Below are positions 37,773 to 50,400 of a stretch of DNA of 64,000 nucleotides, piece by piece. This DNA comes from Basidiobolus meristosporus CBS 931.73 (lineage: Eukaryota; Fungi; Basidiobolomycota). Position 1 is the first letter of the stretch, and the number at the start of each line of letters is the position of its first letter. The translations under genes and the position numbers were made by a program. The stretch lies in NCBI GenBank assembly GCA_002104905.1, contig MCFE01000232.1:57357-121356 (forward strand), written 5' to 3'. The notes below the pieces were generated by a model. That model saw only the letters and a list, made by a program, of their open reading frames with translations, searched no databases and had not been told where the DNA came from.

Positions 37773-39876
37773 TTAAATGGGCACTCCAGTATTTGTATTA
37801 GCCAGCATACCTAGCAAGATTATCAATTCAGCAGTTTTGGACTTGACTGGGTGATTACCCAGCTTTCTTCTTAATTCCGCCTTGTTCACTGTTTTGAATT
37901 TCATCATGGATTTTATCACATAGCGATATCCCTGCAATACTTTGCTAGTTCCAAGTGTGTTTTCTAGGTAGTCCTTCAATGACTGGACACAAGTATAGAT
38001 AGAGTCTTCGTACATGATATTTAAAGATTTCACGGTGTTGTCTGATATTCGTAATAGTCGAAGATGGTCTATAAATCTTCATATAAACTGGTTAGATACG
38101 CTCATGTATAATAAGGATTTTCGAATTACTCTTGGGTCTGTGGGTCCTTGTATAGAGTAGTCTCTGAGCTCGTCGGCAAAACGACAGATGAGGTATTGAT
38201 CTTCGATGAGCCTAGAGCATCATGCTTTCATCCTCATACATTCAGCAATAGTCCATTCCAAAATGTACACAGTATACTCACTAGCGATATATTGGACAGG
38301 TCTGAAGGAATGGATATTTGCTGACTTCTGTAGTTTACTGTTAGAGATATTCCTATCTGGATATGTGTAATGTTACCCACATGAGAGTACTAGATGATGT
38401 TTTTTTCTAGGTTCCGACGTCAATATGAATTGCACTTCTTGATCCAGAATTTGTTACTCACCTGAGTTATCTGCGTGGGTTTGTCCACGTTGGTATGATT
38501 TATAGAACCCTCAACCCTTTTTTAATTAGTATATCTTGATGAACCAGTTCAGACAATATATGTCAAGTCTATACTTTGGAAGGGCTATCATAGTTACTTG
38601 GGGTGGATATTGTTTATGTTCCTGTAAAGCATGTTATTACACTTGGCCTTAAGGTCCCTAACAAGCACCAACCTGAATAAATGATTTCTGAGTAGAGAGA
38701 AACCAAGATGCATTATGGAGTCTATTGAGGTGACGCTGCACGAAAGTGGCACTCAGTACTTCACCAATATCTGGCCTCTTTACTGTTTCATAGCTCAACA
38801 TCCAAGATACCAGGTACCTAATATCAGAAGAATACTGCCTAATAACTTTAAGTATCTAGTAGAGTCTACAGATGACGGAGAAGCATTACCTGGGCAATGG
38901 GATGTAATTATTTTCTGATATTTTGCCTACCAAGGTCTTTATATCTTTGGCAATGAAGGGGTGTTGTAGTGAGCACAACTCATACTTTTTAATTACTGGT
39001 TAGTATCAGTGCCACTTGAATAGTATTGAGCATCTACTTTACCAAAACACAACCCAATGCCCAAATATCAGTTTTTTGGTCGTACGTACTCATGTTAAGG
39101 ATTCTCCAACGTTATGATATGGACACAAGTGAAGTGAAGGTTTGAACCAGTGAAGGATATGGCTTATTTTGGTATAGCTCTGGACTCATATAGTAAGGAG
39201 TTCCTGTTCAGGCAGGAGATATGAGTCTATTACCACAATTCCACCTGTGATTTTGCCATACCTATCATCGTTTGGGCTTTTTCTGTTCCCTGAAGAATGC
39301 GCGAGATGCCAAAGTCACCAACCTTAATTACTTTTCGTTTGTTTGTGGTGAATATGTTTTGCGTTTTAACATCTGTCTAGTTGTTAGTTTTCGTACAACA
39401 GAATCCAATATTTGCCACTAACCACGATGAATAATATTCATGTTATGAATATGACTCAAGGCAAGAGCAATTTGAGTAAACCAACTCATAATTTGATCTT
39501 CTTCAAAGTATTCCCTCCTCTTTTGGATTAAGCTGTGTAGGTCGCCTATTTCTGAGGATCAGCCCTGAGGGAAGCCTTTTCTTCAATAAAGTAGACGCTT
39601 ACCTCCATCAGCATACTCGGTCACAATGCATAAATACCCGTTCTCTATGAAAGATTCTTTATATCCAATTATGTTGGGATGGGAAACAGATGCCAAAATA
39701 TTGGATTCTTGAAAGATCTTCTCATGACCGTTACTAGTATCAACATTCTTCAATGGTACCTCTTTTATGACCACATACTCGCATTCTTTACCAGCTTGAA
39801 ACTTCCTGCATAGTTTTACTCGACAGGAGCTACCAATTCCTATCGTTTTTTGGTAGATATAAGAGTTGATTGACAT
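37773..39876 (-). CDS. NIMA-related (NEK) Ser/Thr kinase, NEK1-like
   Basis: Spliced kinase domain: IGIGSSCRV, VVIKEV, HPNIIGYKESF, IVTEYADGGDL, WFTQIALAL, IIHRDVKTQNIF, GDFGISRIL, MIGTPYYMSPE, KPYDQKTDIWALGC and KRPDI. The C-terminal exons (38650-37773) are only tentatively linked. Confidence 0.88.
39086..39160 (-). other. U12-type (minor spliceosome) AT-AC intron, 75 nt
   Basis: The 5' end is ATATCCTT at 39160, the branch site is TCCTTAAC at 39101-39094, and the terminal AC is at 39087-39086. Removal restores NKP/YDQKTDIWALGC; read-through hits TAA. Confidence 0.92.
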
Positions 39877-40251
39877 GTTAAAGTTTTATTGGAATTTGGT
39901 TTTGTCTGTTTAGTCTAATATGAAGCAAAGTACTTTGAAGCACACTATTGTTTTAGCTTCGTCGGAGCCATCAGTGAAATCCAGCTGACGGCTATCTAAT
40001 TAAACAATTTACTCATGAACAATAAAACAGCATTGAATGCCCAGTATAAACATTTATATGACGATAATGATCCAAAACGAACGGCTGGTTTCAGTTCAGA
40101 TTCAACATAGACTATGTCCACTTTGACGTCACTGGCGGTTCTGTGGATCTGGACGATATATATTTTTAGCATGCTGTGAGACCAACAAGTCACTAGGATT
40201 TGGGATTACAAGCTTTCGCTTCGTATCCAACACTACGTTGACTTGTCCGAT

Positions 40252-42745
40252 ATGATATGCAAACGTACTTATTATGCTCTCTTTATCATACTTCGGATCT
40301 TGTGCATATTCTTGCCTGGTTATTTGCATCCGGATGAGTTTTTCCAGACCCCCGAAGTTGTTGCCGGTATATTTGCTGGTCTTATTTTGCTGATTGAAAA
40401 GAATTTACTAAGGGCATTTGGTGTAGGTGATATCTTTCAATTGAAAGTATTCAAGGCTTGGGAATACAATGCTGATTGGCCTTGTCGCTCTATCGCCATT
40501 CCGTAAGTTACGTTCAACCATGTAATCGTAAGCAATTTGCATTTATTAACATCATCGTAAGGGCGCTCGTAAATGGAATACCTTTCACCATTCTCAAATC
40601 TCTACATTCATTGTTGAACCAAAATGGCTGGGATGGTATAATATTCCTGTATGGAGCATGAATTTACTCCAATTCTTATAGTATTGATTTAGCTCTCCCA
40701 ATCAACACCCTGACCCTATTAATCTTCGAAAGATTGCCATTCGTTCTCTTGACTTTCATCTTCGGTAAGCCTGAGAATGCTTCACAACTGGGAATGTATC
40801 TAACGTGAACTTGTAGATTTTATATTGTTCAGAATGGGCAGAGTCTACAGACAAGATCCTTATCCTGCTCTTTTAACACTGTCCTCATGCTATACGCTGT
40901 TGGTGTATTTCACCAGATCTTTCTCAAATGCGACGGAAGCGGTTTTATTAGCGTTATGCGGCTATATCCTACACGTTGGTGTTGTATCCCCACAGACCAA
41001 CAAAGAAGCTAGCAAACCGGGAAAATTTAAGGTTTTTTGTTATTAGGGAGTTGTTTCTCAGCGCCAACTAACATATCAACAAAACAGGTGCCTTCAGCAA
41101 AAATCTCCCTTGTTCTAGGGCTTCTATTTGCGTTGGGATCGTTCACGCGGATTACCTTTATCATATATGCGGCTCCAATTGGTTGTGCTTATCTATATGT
41201 TGTTGGCACTCAAACCCTTGTTGACCCTCACCAAGCCAGGTAGATCATAGACACGAGCTATTGAAGTGCTCATTAGAGTAACATATCCTCTTGATGTACA
41301 GCGTATCAAGGCTATTCGCTTTTGTGACAACCATTCTGCCACTTTTTGTTGGATTGGCTTTTTCTAGCTTGGTCATAATTCTTACCGACTCTGTATACTT
41401 TGGCACTATTCAGATAAGAAATCTTCACCAGCTGCTTGCCCTATTGATCAACCCATTCTCGCTGCTGGACGCCTTTAAAACGGTACATTTATCTCTACTC
41501 TTACTGTTGGATACTTTATTCATCTTTCAACTGTAGGGAAAATTGGTCATTACCCCGCTGAATAATATCCTATACAATACCAACAAGGAGAATCTTTCGT
41601 TGCATGGTCTTCATCCATGGTATTTGCATCTTCTAGTATACACACCACTGTTGCTTGGGCCGTTGGCGTATCTTCTTGAGAAAGGATGTCGTACAGCGAT
41701 CTACCGTCGGAAATTCTATTCCCATGTATTCCTCAAAACAGGTTGGTTGCCCTTGCATCTCGTTACTTGCTCTGGTCTATGATCAATCTATGGCACTTCT
41801 TGGTTGACTGCTCTATTAACTCCAATCTGCTTAGTTTTCTCATACTCTATTGTGTTCGGGATATTGGTGCTCTCAATGATGCCCCATCAGGAAGCCCGTT
41901 TCTTATTGCCTATATTTTTTCCGGTAATTTTTATTTTCAGCGATAAGTTTAAATCTGCTGGAAAAGGATTCTGGGTAAGTATAGTGAGTTGTCTTGCCAC
42001 ATCACCAAGACTGATTTAACTGTAATGACCAGACTATCTTCACAGTATTCAACCTCGTTGGATTTACCATATTTGGCATCTTTCATCAAGGCGGCATTAT
42101 CCCCGTTCTCAGCCATATACAGCATGAGATTAACGAGCCTGTATTTTGCTCGTTCTATGATGAGCATATACATTGTCGATACTCTTATTCACTCAAGGAC
42201 AAAGGTGATTAACTTGGATTCAGTTTATTTGTGGTCTTAAAAGTGATTCTAAGTCTCTTATAGAAATCGACTCTCAATTCAAACTGAGAACCAACCTCAT
42301 TTTCTATAAAACTTACATGCCACCGCAACATCTGTTAACCATGAGGTTAGGAGATGAGGGTACAAGTGCAGTGACCTTTGTAGACTTGGCAGGAGCGCCC
42401 CTAAACGTGTTACAAAAAACCGTTAACGCCTATCATGGAGTCTCCGCCTCGGCCATACAATCGGACGTTATGTCAAATGCAGCAATTTTCAAAATCACGC
42501 CCAATGGCGAATTTGAGAGGTACTTTGCTGAGATAACTATCAGATGACTTTGCTGTATTAACTTGTTGAACAGAACTTTGCTAGTTGCACCATCAGTGGT
42601 AGACTTGGGGCCTTTGAAGGCTCGCTTAAAGATTATTCACCAACAGTGGGGCCATCTGAACACAGACTATTTCGATCGGATAATACAAGACCCCATAGAT
42701 TCCCTTTATCTAAATGTTTATACACTACTAGATAGTACTGATTAG
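40252..42745 (+). CDS. SMP3: GPI mannosyltransferase 4 (PIG-Z/Smp3, ALG9-like family), multi-exon
   Basis: [48 protein letters not shown]...[20 protein letters not shown] and FHQGGIIP motifs. Confidence 0.88.
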
Positions 42746-43916
42746 CATAGCTGGTTGATATTAGACAAATATCCGAGCACCATTTCCAAGGGTACCGTGA
42801 GCCTTTCAAAATAAAAGCCGAATTTAGGATTATTTGATCATTGGGTGTGTGCCCTTCTTGACGGTTTCATAGAAATATAAATGCAGATAATAGTGGACGC
42901 CGCATGTAATCTGAATTCGTACTATACGCAGACACTGTGTGAGTTGTATACTCAAAGTGACTGCACCCTCTATCACCACGGTTACGCAAAGGTTGGTGTA
43001 GTTTGTCTAAACAATGGCAACTTGATTTTGACATGATTCTTGATTTTCAAATCATGGCAAGGTTTGCACGATGTCATCGAACTCACCAGGATTTTACCGA
43101 GCTACAATCTAGTCTCGAAGCCTATAGCCTGTTTTTCTTCTGGTGCAACAGCGCTACATTCATTTGTGCCAACAGTCCAAAACGCCGGCAGCAATCTGGA
43201 TAACAGGCATTTCTTGTAACATGCAGTGATAGTTATTGCTGTTGGATTAAAAACAATGGATTAATTCATGGGCAGGTCTAGATATTATCCATATCACCAG
43301 ATTCGACTTAGTTTCATGTGATAGTTATTACTCGTGGCTTCAGCTTTTCTCTGCTCCTGGGGCAGCTAATGTATGCGGCAGAAAAATAAAGGAAAAAGCG
43401 CAAAGAGTACTGTGATTTATGGGTCCAGAATGAATATAGAAATTGCTCCGACTCGATCATCCTGGTCGGTTTGAACCGTCTCCTACCTGAAGCTTACTAT
43501 TACAAGCGAGACTAAGTTGGTTTATCTTCGTTTTGGTATTCATATTTGAATTCCAGCATGGCCCCGAAATTGGTTGTTTAGTTACCTGTATTGTTAACGA
43601 TATTGCTTAAATTGTATTGTTAGTATATATTCGGTCCATTGGATTCCTTATTTTACTGACAATTAAACGTTCTGAATACTTATTGTCTATTTCAAATGAA
43701 TACTGATGTATGATAGGATCATGCTATTTATTAGTAGTCAGGGCTTTTCAGCAGTATCATCATCAACGCATTCCTTTCTTTCTCTCATCTTCAAGGCTTA
43801 GTTTGTTTATCTTGAATAAAGCGCTTTTCAGGTTCACAAAAGCGAGTCCTGTTCTCTTCACACGCATTATTCTCCTTTCCTCCTACATTTGCACAACCAC
43901 ATCATATTAATTCACC

Positions 43917-46900
43917 ATGGTTATCGAAAATTTCAAGAGAACAGATAATGATCACTCAAATTGTATCTTGGAACATTCACCAACTTCTACGGATGCTGTG
44001 ACTTCGCCTACCTCAGAATACAGCTCTACGGAGTATCTAAGAAAGCCCTCTACTTTACCCTGCTTGAACAAAACTAGAAATTCGTTGACGAGTCCTATTC
44101 TACCTTCCAACACAACTATCCCCAGAAGCAACACACTCTCTTTAGGCCATAGTACGCTCAAGAAGACTCAATCGCTCAAGTCACTAGCGGAGAAAGCCAA
44201 ATCCACATCTTTCAAGCAGGCCTTATCGGACCCTCAGCTAAATCAAAAGCTGAAAATGTCTGTGCCGAAACAGTGGGGACGAGATCAGTCCAAAGATTTC
44301 TATCGGAATCAGTATCAAAAACTTGTGAAGAGGTTGGTTTTTATTGTCGAAGTGGCTTTGTAGCTTCCTTGGCTAATCTTGGTACACTAGATATTATTAT
44401 CAACTAACCAATGGCTGTGAAAATCCCAACTGCACAAATCGTTTTTGTGCTTCCTGTCAAGGTAAATGACTAGAACTTTTATTTTCGAGGCCTTGCTAAA
44501 TATTCTATACAGCCTCTCCACGCATGTCTACCGAAACTGCCGCTATCTTTGCTGTCCAACTTGCCTCTCGCCCTCGACACTATTTCTGTCCAACTTGTCC
44601 TTCTGATCCTGACGTCTCTCTTCCTAATACCCTCTTCGAAACTTCGAATCCTAGCTCCATCAATATGGCCGACTCGCATTCTCATTCGAACTCAAGCTCC
44701 ACAAAAACTGAGACGAAACCTTTTCTTTTCTCCCTTTTTTCCTCTACACCATTCCTGTCAATGTTTTCATCCACCTCAAAAACGACCCAAGACCTACCAC
44801 CCTCAACAAGCTCTCCCGCAAGTGTACCCGCTACACAATCCACAAGCACAACTACCTCGAATCATTCAGAATCTGTGACTCTGTCCCGACGTTTGCGTAG
44901 ATACAACATCAACACATCTGATGACAGGAGTTTTAACAACGATTCAACATCTACATTGCTTTTGCGGAATAATTCGGGCTACGCTAAGAAGGAGGAGCCA
45001 GAAACCCAAAGTCACAATGGGTCACGTAGAGAGCACAATTACCTGGGTTTCCCGAAGCTCTTGGGGCACTCTTGTAAGTTATAGCATATAGTATTTCAAG
45101 TGAATAGCACGCTAATCAAATACCTTCCAGTTGATTTGATTTCTTTTCGTCATTCATCCTTGGAGGGGCATGGTTCCAATGCGAATGACAGTGGATCCAA
45201 TTGGCGTTCACTTTTGAATAGCGAAAGCGATGAAGTTGAGCCACAACTGAGTCTCAGTTATCTGACGCTGCCACTATTACAGCGCACCATCGCCACATAT
45301 CTATCAGATCAGGGTGATCCTGCTTCCCCCCAAAAAGAAAATGAGTACGATTGGTTTGAGAAAGGCAAGGAGAGAGAATCTACCGAGGCAGTGCCGAAAT
45401 CGCCCAAGTCACCGAAGCCTTTAATGACATATCGACATTATCGATCCCTTTCACGACGGACCGTAATAGCTGGTCCTAGCGACACAAAGTTCCTGATCAA
45501 TACTATCCGTACAGTATTCTCGTCTGTTGATGCGCTTAATGCTAGTTTTTTAGCGGATTCTTCGGAAAAAGAGCATATGTCGGGATTGGATCTGGATTCT
45601 ATTCGAAGTTCCTACAAGCTTATCCTCAGCCAGAAGCCCAAATCCATATTTATTGACAACCTGGCCGCTGCGACTGAAATTGTTCTTGCTGAGCTGGATA
45701 TCAACTCGAGACGACTATCAAGAGCTGAAGGGCTGAGGGTTTTATTGATTTTATTGGAAAATCCACTTATGTTGGATGGCTTCTACTCGGAATCATTACT
45801 GCGCAAATTAGCCGAAGTGTTGAGCCAAGTTAGTGGCTCTGCCCGAAGCGTGCTTTTGCAATGGCTCTCTACATACGATGCTCAAGGTTTTTTGAACATC
45901 GTAAACATGTTTCACGAGTTCCTGGATAAGCATTTTCATCCAAATCCGAGGCCAAATGATCCCATTGCATGCGTAGCCAAGGTTCTTGGGCTGCTCTATG
46001 ATGCTAACGAGGCGTGTAAAGCAGAGCATATCGTCTCACCCAGTGCATTCTACAACACGGTCCTGTCCACCTCCATGAATATCAAAGATGAATATCGTTT
46101 ATGGAAAAGGTCTATCGAGCGTGATGGGAAAGTTGCTTTAGGATCGTCCATCCGTAAAGTGCCGAAGTTCTCTTTTTTCAATTTCCCATTTTTATTTAAT
46201 CCTAGCGCCAAAGGGCTGATATTCCATGTTGATGCAGTTTGCCAAATGTCCACGAAGTACGAAGACGCATGTGTACACCACGCGCTAGTGTTGCACGCAC
46301 AGCGGTTTATGCAAGACTCCAGAAAGGCCACTCGCATAGAGGAAAGCCTACGACGGTTAACTTGCCCTTACTTCATCTTGGAGATTCGACGGGAATTTTT
46401 CGTGGAGGACGCATTGACCCAGATCGAAGCAAAGGCCAGGAATCTAAAAAAGCCACTCAAGATTCGCTTTGTCAACGGCGGCGAAGAAGGAATCGACCAA
46501 GGCGGTGTCCAGAAAGAGTTTTTCCAAATGTTGATTACCAAGTTGCTCGATCCAGCTTATGGAATGTTTGTCTATGACGAAGAAACCCGGTACTCCTGGA
46601 TCAACGGCGCCTCGAAGGAAGGGGAGAAATACTTTGAGTTAATTGGAATTATCCTCGGTTTAGCCCTGTATAACGGCATCGCAATTGGAGTAAATTTCCC
46701 GAAGCTGATGTACAAAAAGCTCTTAGGGAAGCCGATCACCTTGGATGACTTCAAAGAAGGATTCCCCGCACTCGGCCGTGGTTTGGAGCAAATGTTGCAA
46801 TGGAAGGACGGTGATGTGTACGATGTATTTATGCGCGAGTTTGATATCTCATACAAAGAAGCAGGAGCCATCAATACCTATTCATTACTGTCAAATGGTA

Positions 46901-47424
46901 GTAATGTTCCAGTGACTAACAAGAATCGTGATGAATATGTCCACTTATACGTCGAGCATTTCTCCAACAAGTATGTGTCCAAACAATTTGACGCGTTGAG
47001 AGATGGATTCTTGCGGGTGTGTGGTGGCACTGCGCTATCAATGCTAAGGCCAGAAGAGTTGGAGCTGCTGTTATGTGGAGTATCGGAGTTAGACCTTGGA
47101 GATTTGCAGCGTGGTGCCCAATACGATGATGGTTACAGCCCTGAGCATTATGTAATTCGCAACTTCTGGAGCGTTGTGCACGAAATGACCAAGGATGAGC
47201 AAAGGAAACTGTTGACATTTGTGACTGCAAGCGATCGCACACCAATTAAGGGACTTGGCGCCATCACATTCGTGATACAACGAAACGGACCGGATTCTGA
47301 TCGGTTACCGACGGCGCTTACGTGCTTTGGTAGACTACTCTTGCCTGAATATAGCTCCAGACACAAGTTGAGGAAAAACCTGCTCATAGCTATTGAAAAT
47401 GCACGCGGATTTGGCCTTGTATAG
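43917..47424 (+). CDS. HECT E3 ubiquitin ligase with an N-terminal AZUL zinc finger (UBE3A/E6AP-like)
   Basis: Exon 44391-44461 encodes YYYQLTNGCENPNCTNRFCASC (AZUL-like). The HECT domain includes KKPLKIRFVNGGEEGIDQGGVQKEFF, and the C-terminus is RLPTALTCFGRLLLPEYSS...ARGFGLV. Confidence 0.9.
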
Positions 47425-50400
47425 GTAGAGTCAAGGACGCAATATGACTGGTTAGAAGTGGGCTGGTTTCTCTGTCTCTGTGAATATCGATGGTCTACCG
47501 GCTGTGAAGGGCTGTGGGCAACCAAGAATACTTGGAAACCCCCTCCCTATTGATAGGGTGTGCGAAAACAATCACTCGCAATGTTTTGACCATTCTGTTA
47601 AATAATTATTCTGCCACTGTCTTGTTCAGATTCTTAGAATGCTTGTACTGATTGCACCAGGCACCAATGCGCCAGATCCTAAGCATTTTCGCCCAACAAT
47701 AAATTATTCTAGTGATCATAGGAAACGATGAAATCCCTGGACAGAGATTCTACAGAACACTAGGCATACCACCATCCTCCTTAACACCATTGCTTAGATT
47801 CATCTGTTACATCATGTAACAAAATACAATCCACCCTGAACCTGGGACCTTTCGTGAGTGCCAAGAATATATGAATTAATCATGATCCATGTGCGGCTTG
47901 TCACACGCTATTCTTTCCTAAATGGGTCTTTTATGCATGCTCAGAATCGAACGCATCATTACTAAAAATGAGGCCGAGGCGAGGACGATAAGTATAATAT
48001 AGAAGGAAAATACCAAATGAAAGTAATGAAAAATATCTGAGCCGCCGTCCAAACATGGTGCTGGTTATTATCAGCACTTCGATTGCCGCACCATTGAGGA
48101 GAATGGAATCCACGTGGATCCGTATGGAGCAGGCTGGGAAGTAATCGCTATGTCCAGGCTCCTTTAAGCCATCCGGTATCGCTCTAGGATGCAAAGGACT
48201 TTCCAGTGACCTTTGGCCCGCTTGGGCACTTTGGCTGAGAGGCCACTAGGGATGGTACTTCCAGTTACGAAATGGCCCCTTGCATGCCTTGTTGTGGTCT
48301 CCGATGGCAAGAGGATTTATTCCACTAGATTTGAACACGGTTCTATAAAACCCCGTCAATCCAACTCGGCCATATCAATCAAGAGATGGGTGTTAATCCC
48401 TATTCCGTACATGGAGCCACCTAATCCCAATGGCTGTGAATGTGCGAGTGTATGTTAAAAGGCATGACATGAAGATCAATTGATCGGCCGTCATTTCTCA
48501 TGGAACACTCCATCATGGTTCCACTTTCCTAAGCCCAACAAGGACCATTTACCAAACGAAGTCACCCTCTGGTCGGTATAATGTTTGTTTATCTAGTGTA
48601 CTTTTACTGCGAGTTCACTCTTACGCGCGCCAGGTATCTTGGTTAGAGATGGAAGATTACCCTGGGGAAACAGATTATAGGCCGATATGACCTAAGATAA
48701 ATTCAAGGCAATGTGGCATGGAAGTGATGGGGGAAGGAGTAAGAGACGATAACTACATCCATCCATGTCATATTGGATCTTCATCGAGTGGTTCCATGGC
48801 TCAGTCGATTGGTGGCTCATGATGAGGCCTTGGAAATTCCCCTTTCCTGTCCACAACCCGGCAGCTATCGGGAAAATTGGGTCTTTCTAAAATGGGATAT
48901 CTCCGGAATGTTCTTTGAAAATAATCAAGCTTCGTTAAGGTAATGGAAATATATGGCACTGGCATCTCTACAATTCTCCGGGAGCTCCTGCAAATTACGT
49001 AAGGACCGATACAGTCTAATGGTACGATATAGTAGTAAAATCCCGGCTCTACGCCCGTTGGGTGAGCTCAGTAGATTCGGTGTCGCAAAAGCATCACTTC
49101 TGGTGGGCTTGAAATATGTCTGATGAGAGCGGCACTCACCACGATTTTCACGTTAACATGCCAACAACTAGATGGGACTCAGCTGGTTCTGGCAGTGAAG
49201 GGCGTTCCTTTGGTGGCTGTTGAATCTCCCTCTTAGGATGAGTCATCTAACCTCATATATGTGAACTTGGTCCTGTTAATTGAACAATAGGGTGAAGGTG
49301 TGATGGCGATCCTCAAATCCTACTGCCCAGTTCAGCCGCCTCCCCGGCGGCAAGTCTTGTTGACGGACCTTACATTGAGAGCGCTCATTCCTTGGCAGCA
49401 GTATGAGGCCAAGCATAGGATAAGTTTCTTCGTGGAAACGGCGTCCGCCGATTGCCATTGGACAATGAGGATGGAGTCTTGTTCTTTGACCTTAAAATCA
49501 TGGCGTCTTTCGGCCCGCCAGAGCAAGTAGGACATTTGTCCAACAATATCCCACACCTTACCGTTGGGATTTTGAGAATAAATTGCCATTGTACAGAGGA
49601 TATATCTGGACTATCTTTTCAAACTTGGAATCATAGATTTCCTTCGAGTTATTTGTAGTGGAAAGGCCACGGATTAGGTAAATCAGCTGAACCTGGAGGT
49701 TTGGTTGGTAGATTGGCAGTACATATAGATGGCTATTGAAGCATAAGTGGCACCATTGGTAGCAATTTGGCAGTGTCGACGATCTGCGGCCTGACCAGGA
49801 CTTCTCATCGAGCATGCAGGGATCTTTCTTTTACCCCAGGATAGGGGTCTAGACCGCTTTAGGCGGTAGGCCCATTTTGTGTTTATCAACACTTCGGGTG
49901 TGATGTTGCGCAGCAACTTTTTCTTCGCTTTTCGTTTCCAATATCACCCCATGTGCTTCACGTGACCCAGCGGTCGCATATTCCCTGTGGTTCTGAGTGT
50001 TATGACCTCTTAGGTCGTGGATGCTGGCGAAAAACCATCGCCACCATCACTTGACGATTTCACGGGTAGCGGGATGACGCCATTCACACTATATACAGTA
50101 TTGTTGCCAATTTCAGTTGAAGCCATCTCATTGAGGTAACAGTTGCTATTTCTATTTAAGCCAAAGTGTAGATCCTCAAGTAATGATCGGGGAAGCATTT
50201 TCATTGACTATTCACAGGTCTGGTGTTCGCGATACGCAAGGGTCTAGGTAGGTAGATAGGCTTAAGCTCTAGGACTTCCGTGAAACTAGAAGCAGCTAAT
50301 TATTCCGATCCATAGTCATTGGAGTGCATATAACATCATAAGGAGTAATTCCTTTGACGATGAGTCACCCAGGAGTTTAACTCTATTTCCTTATCGATAT

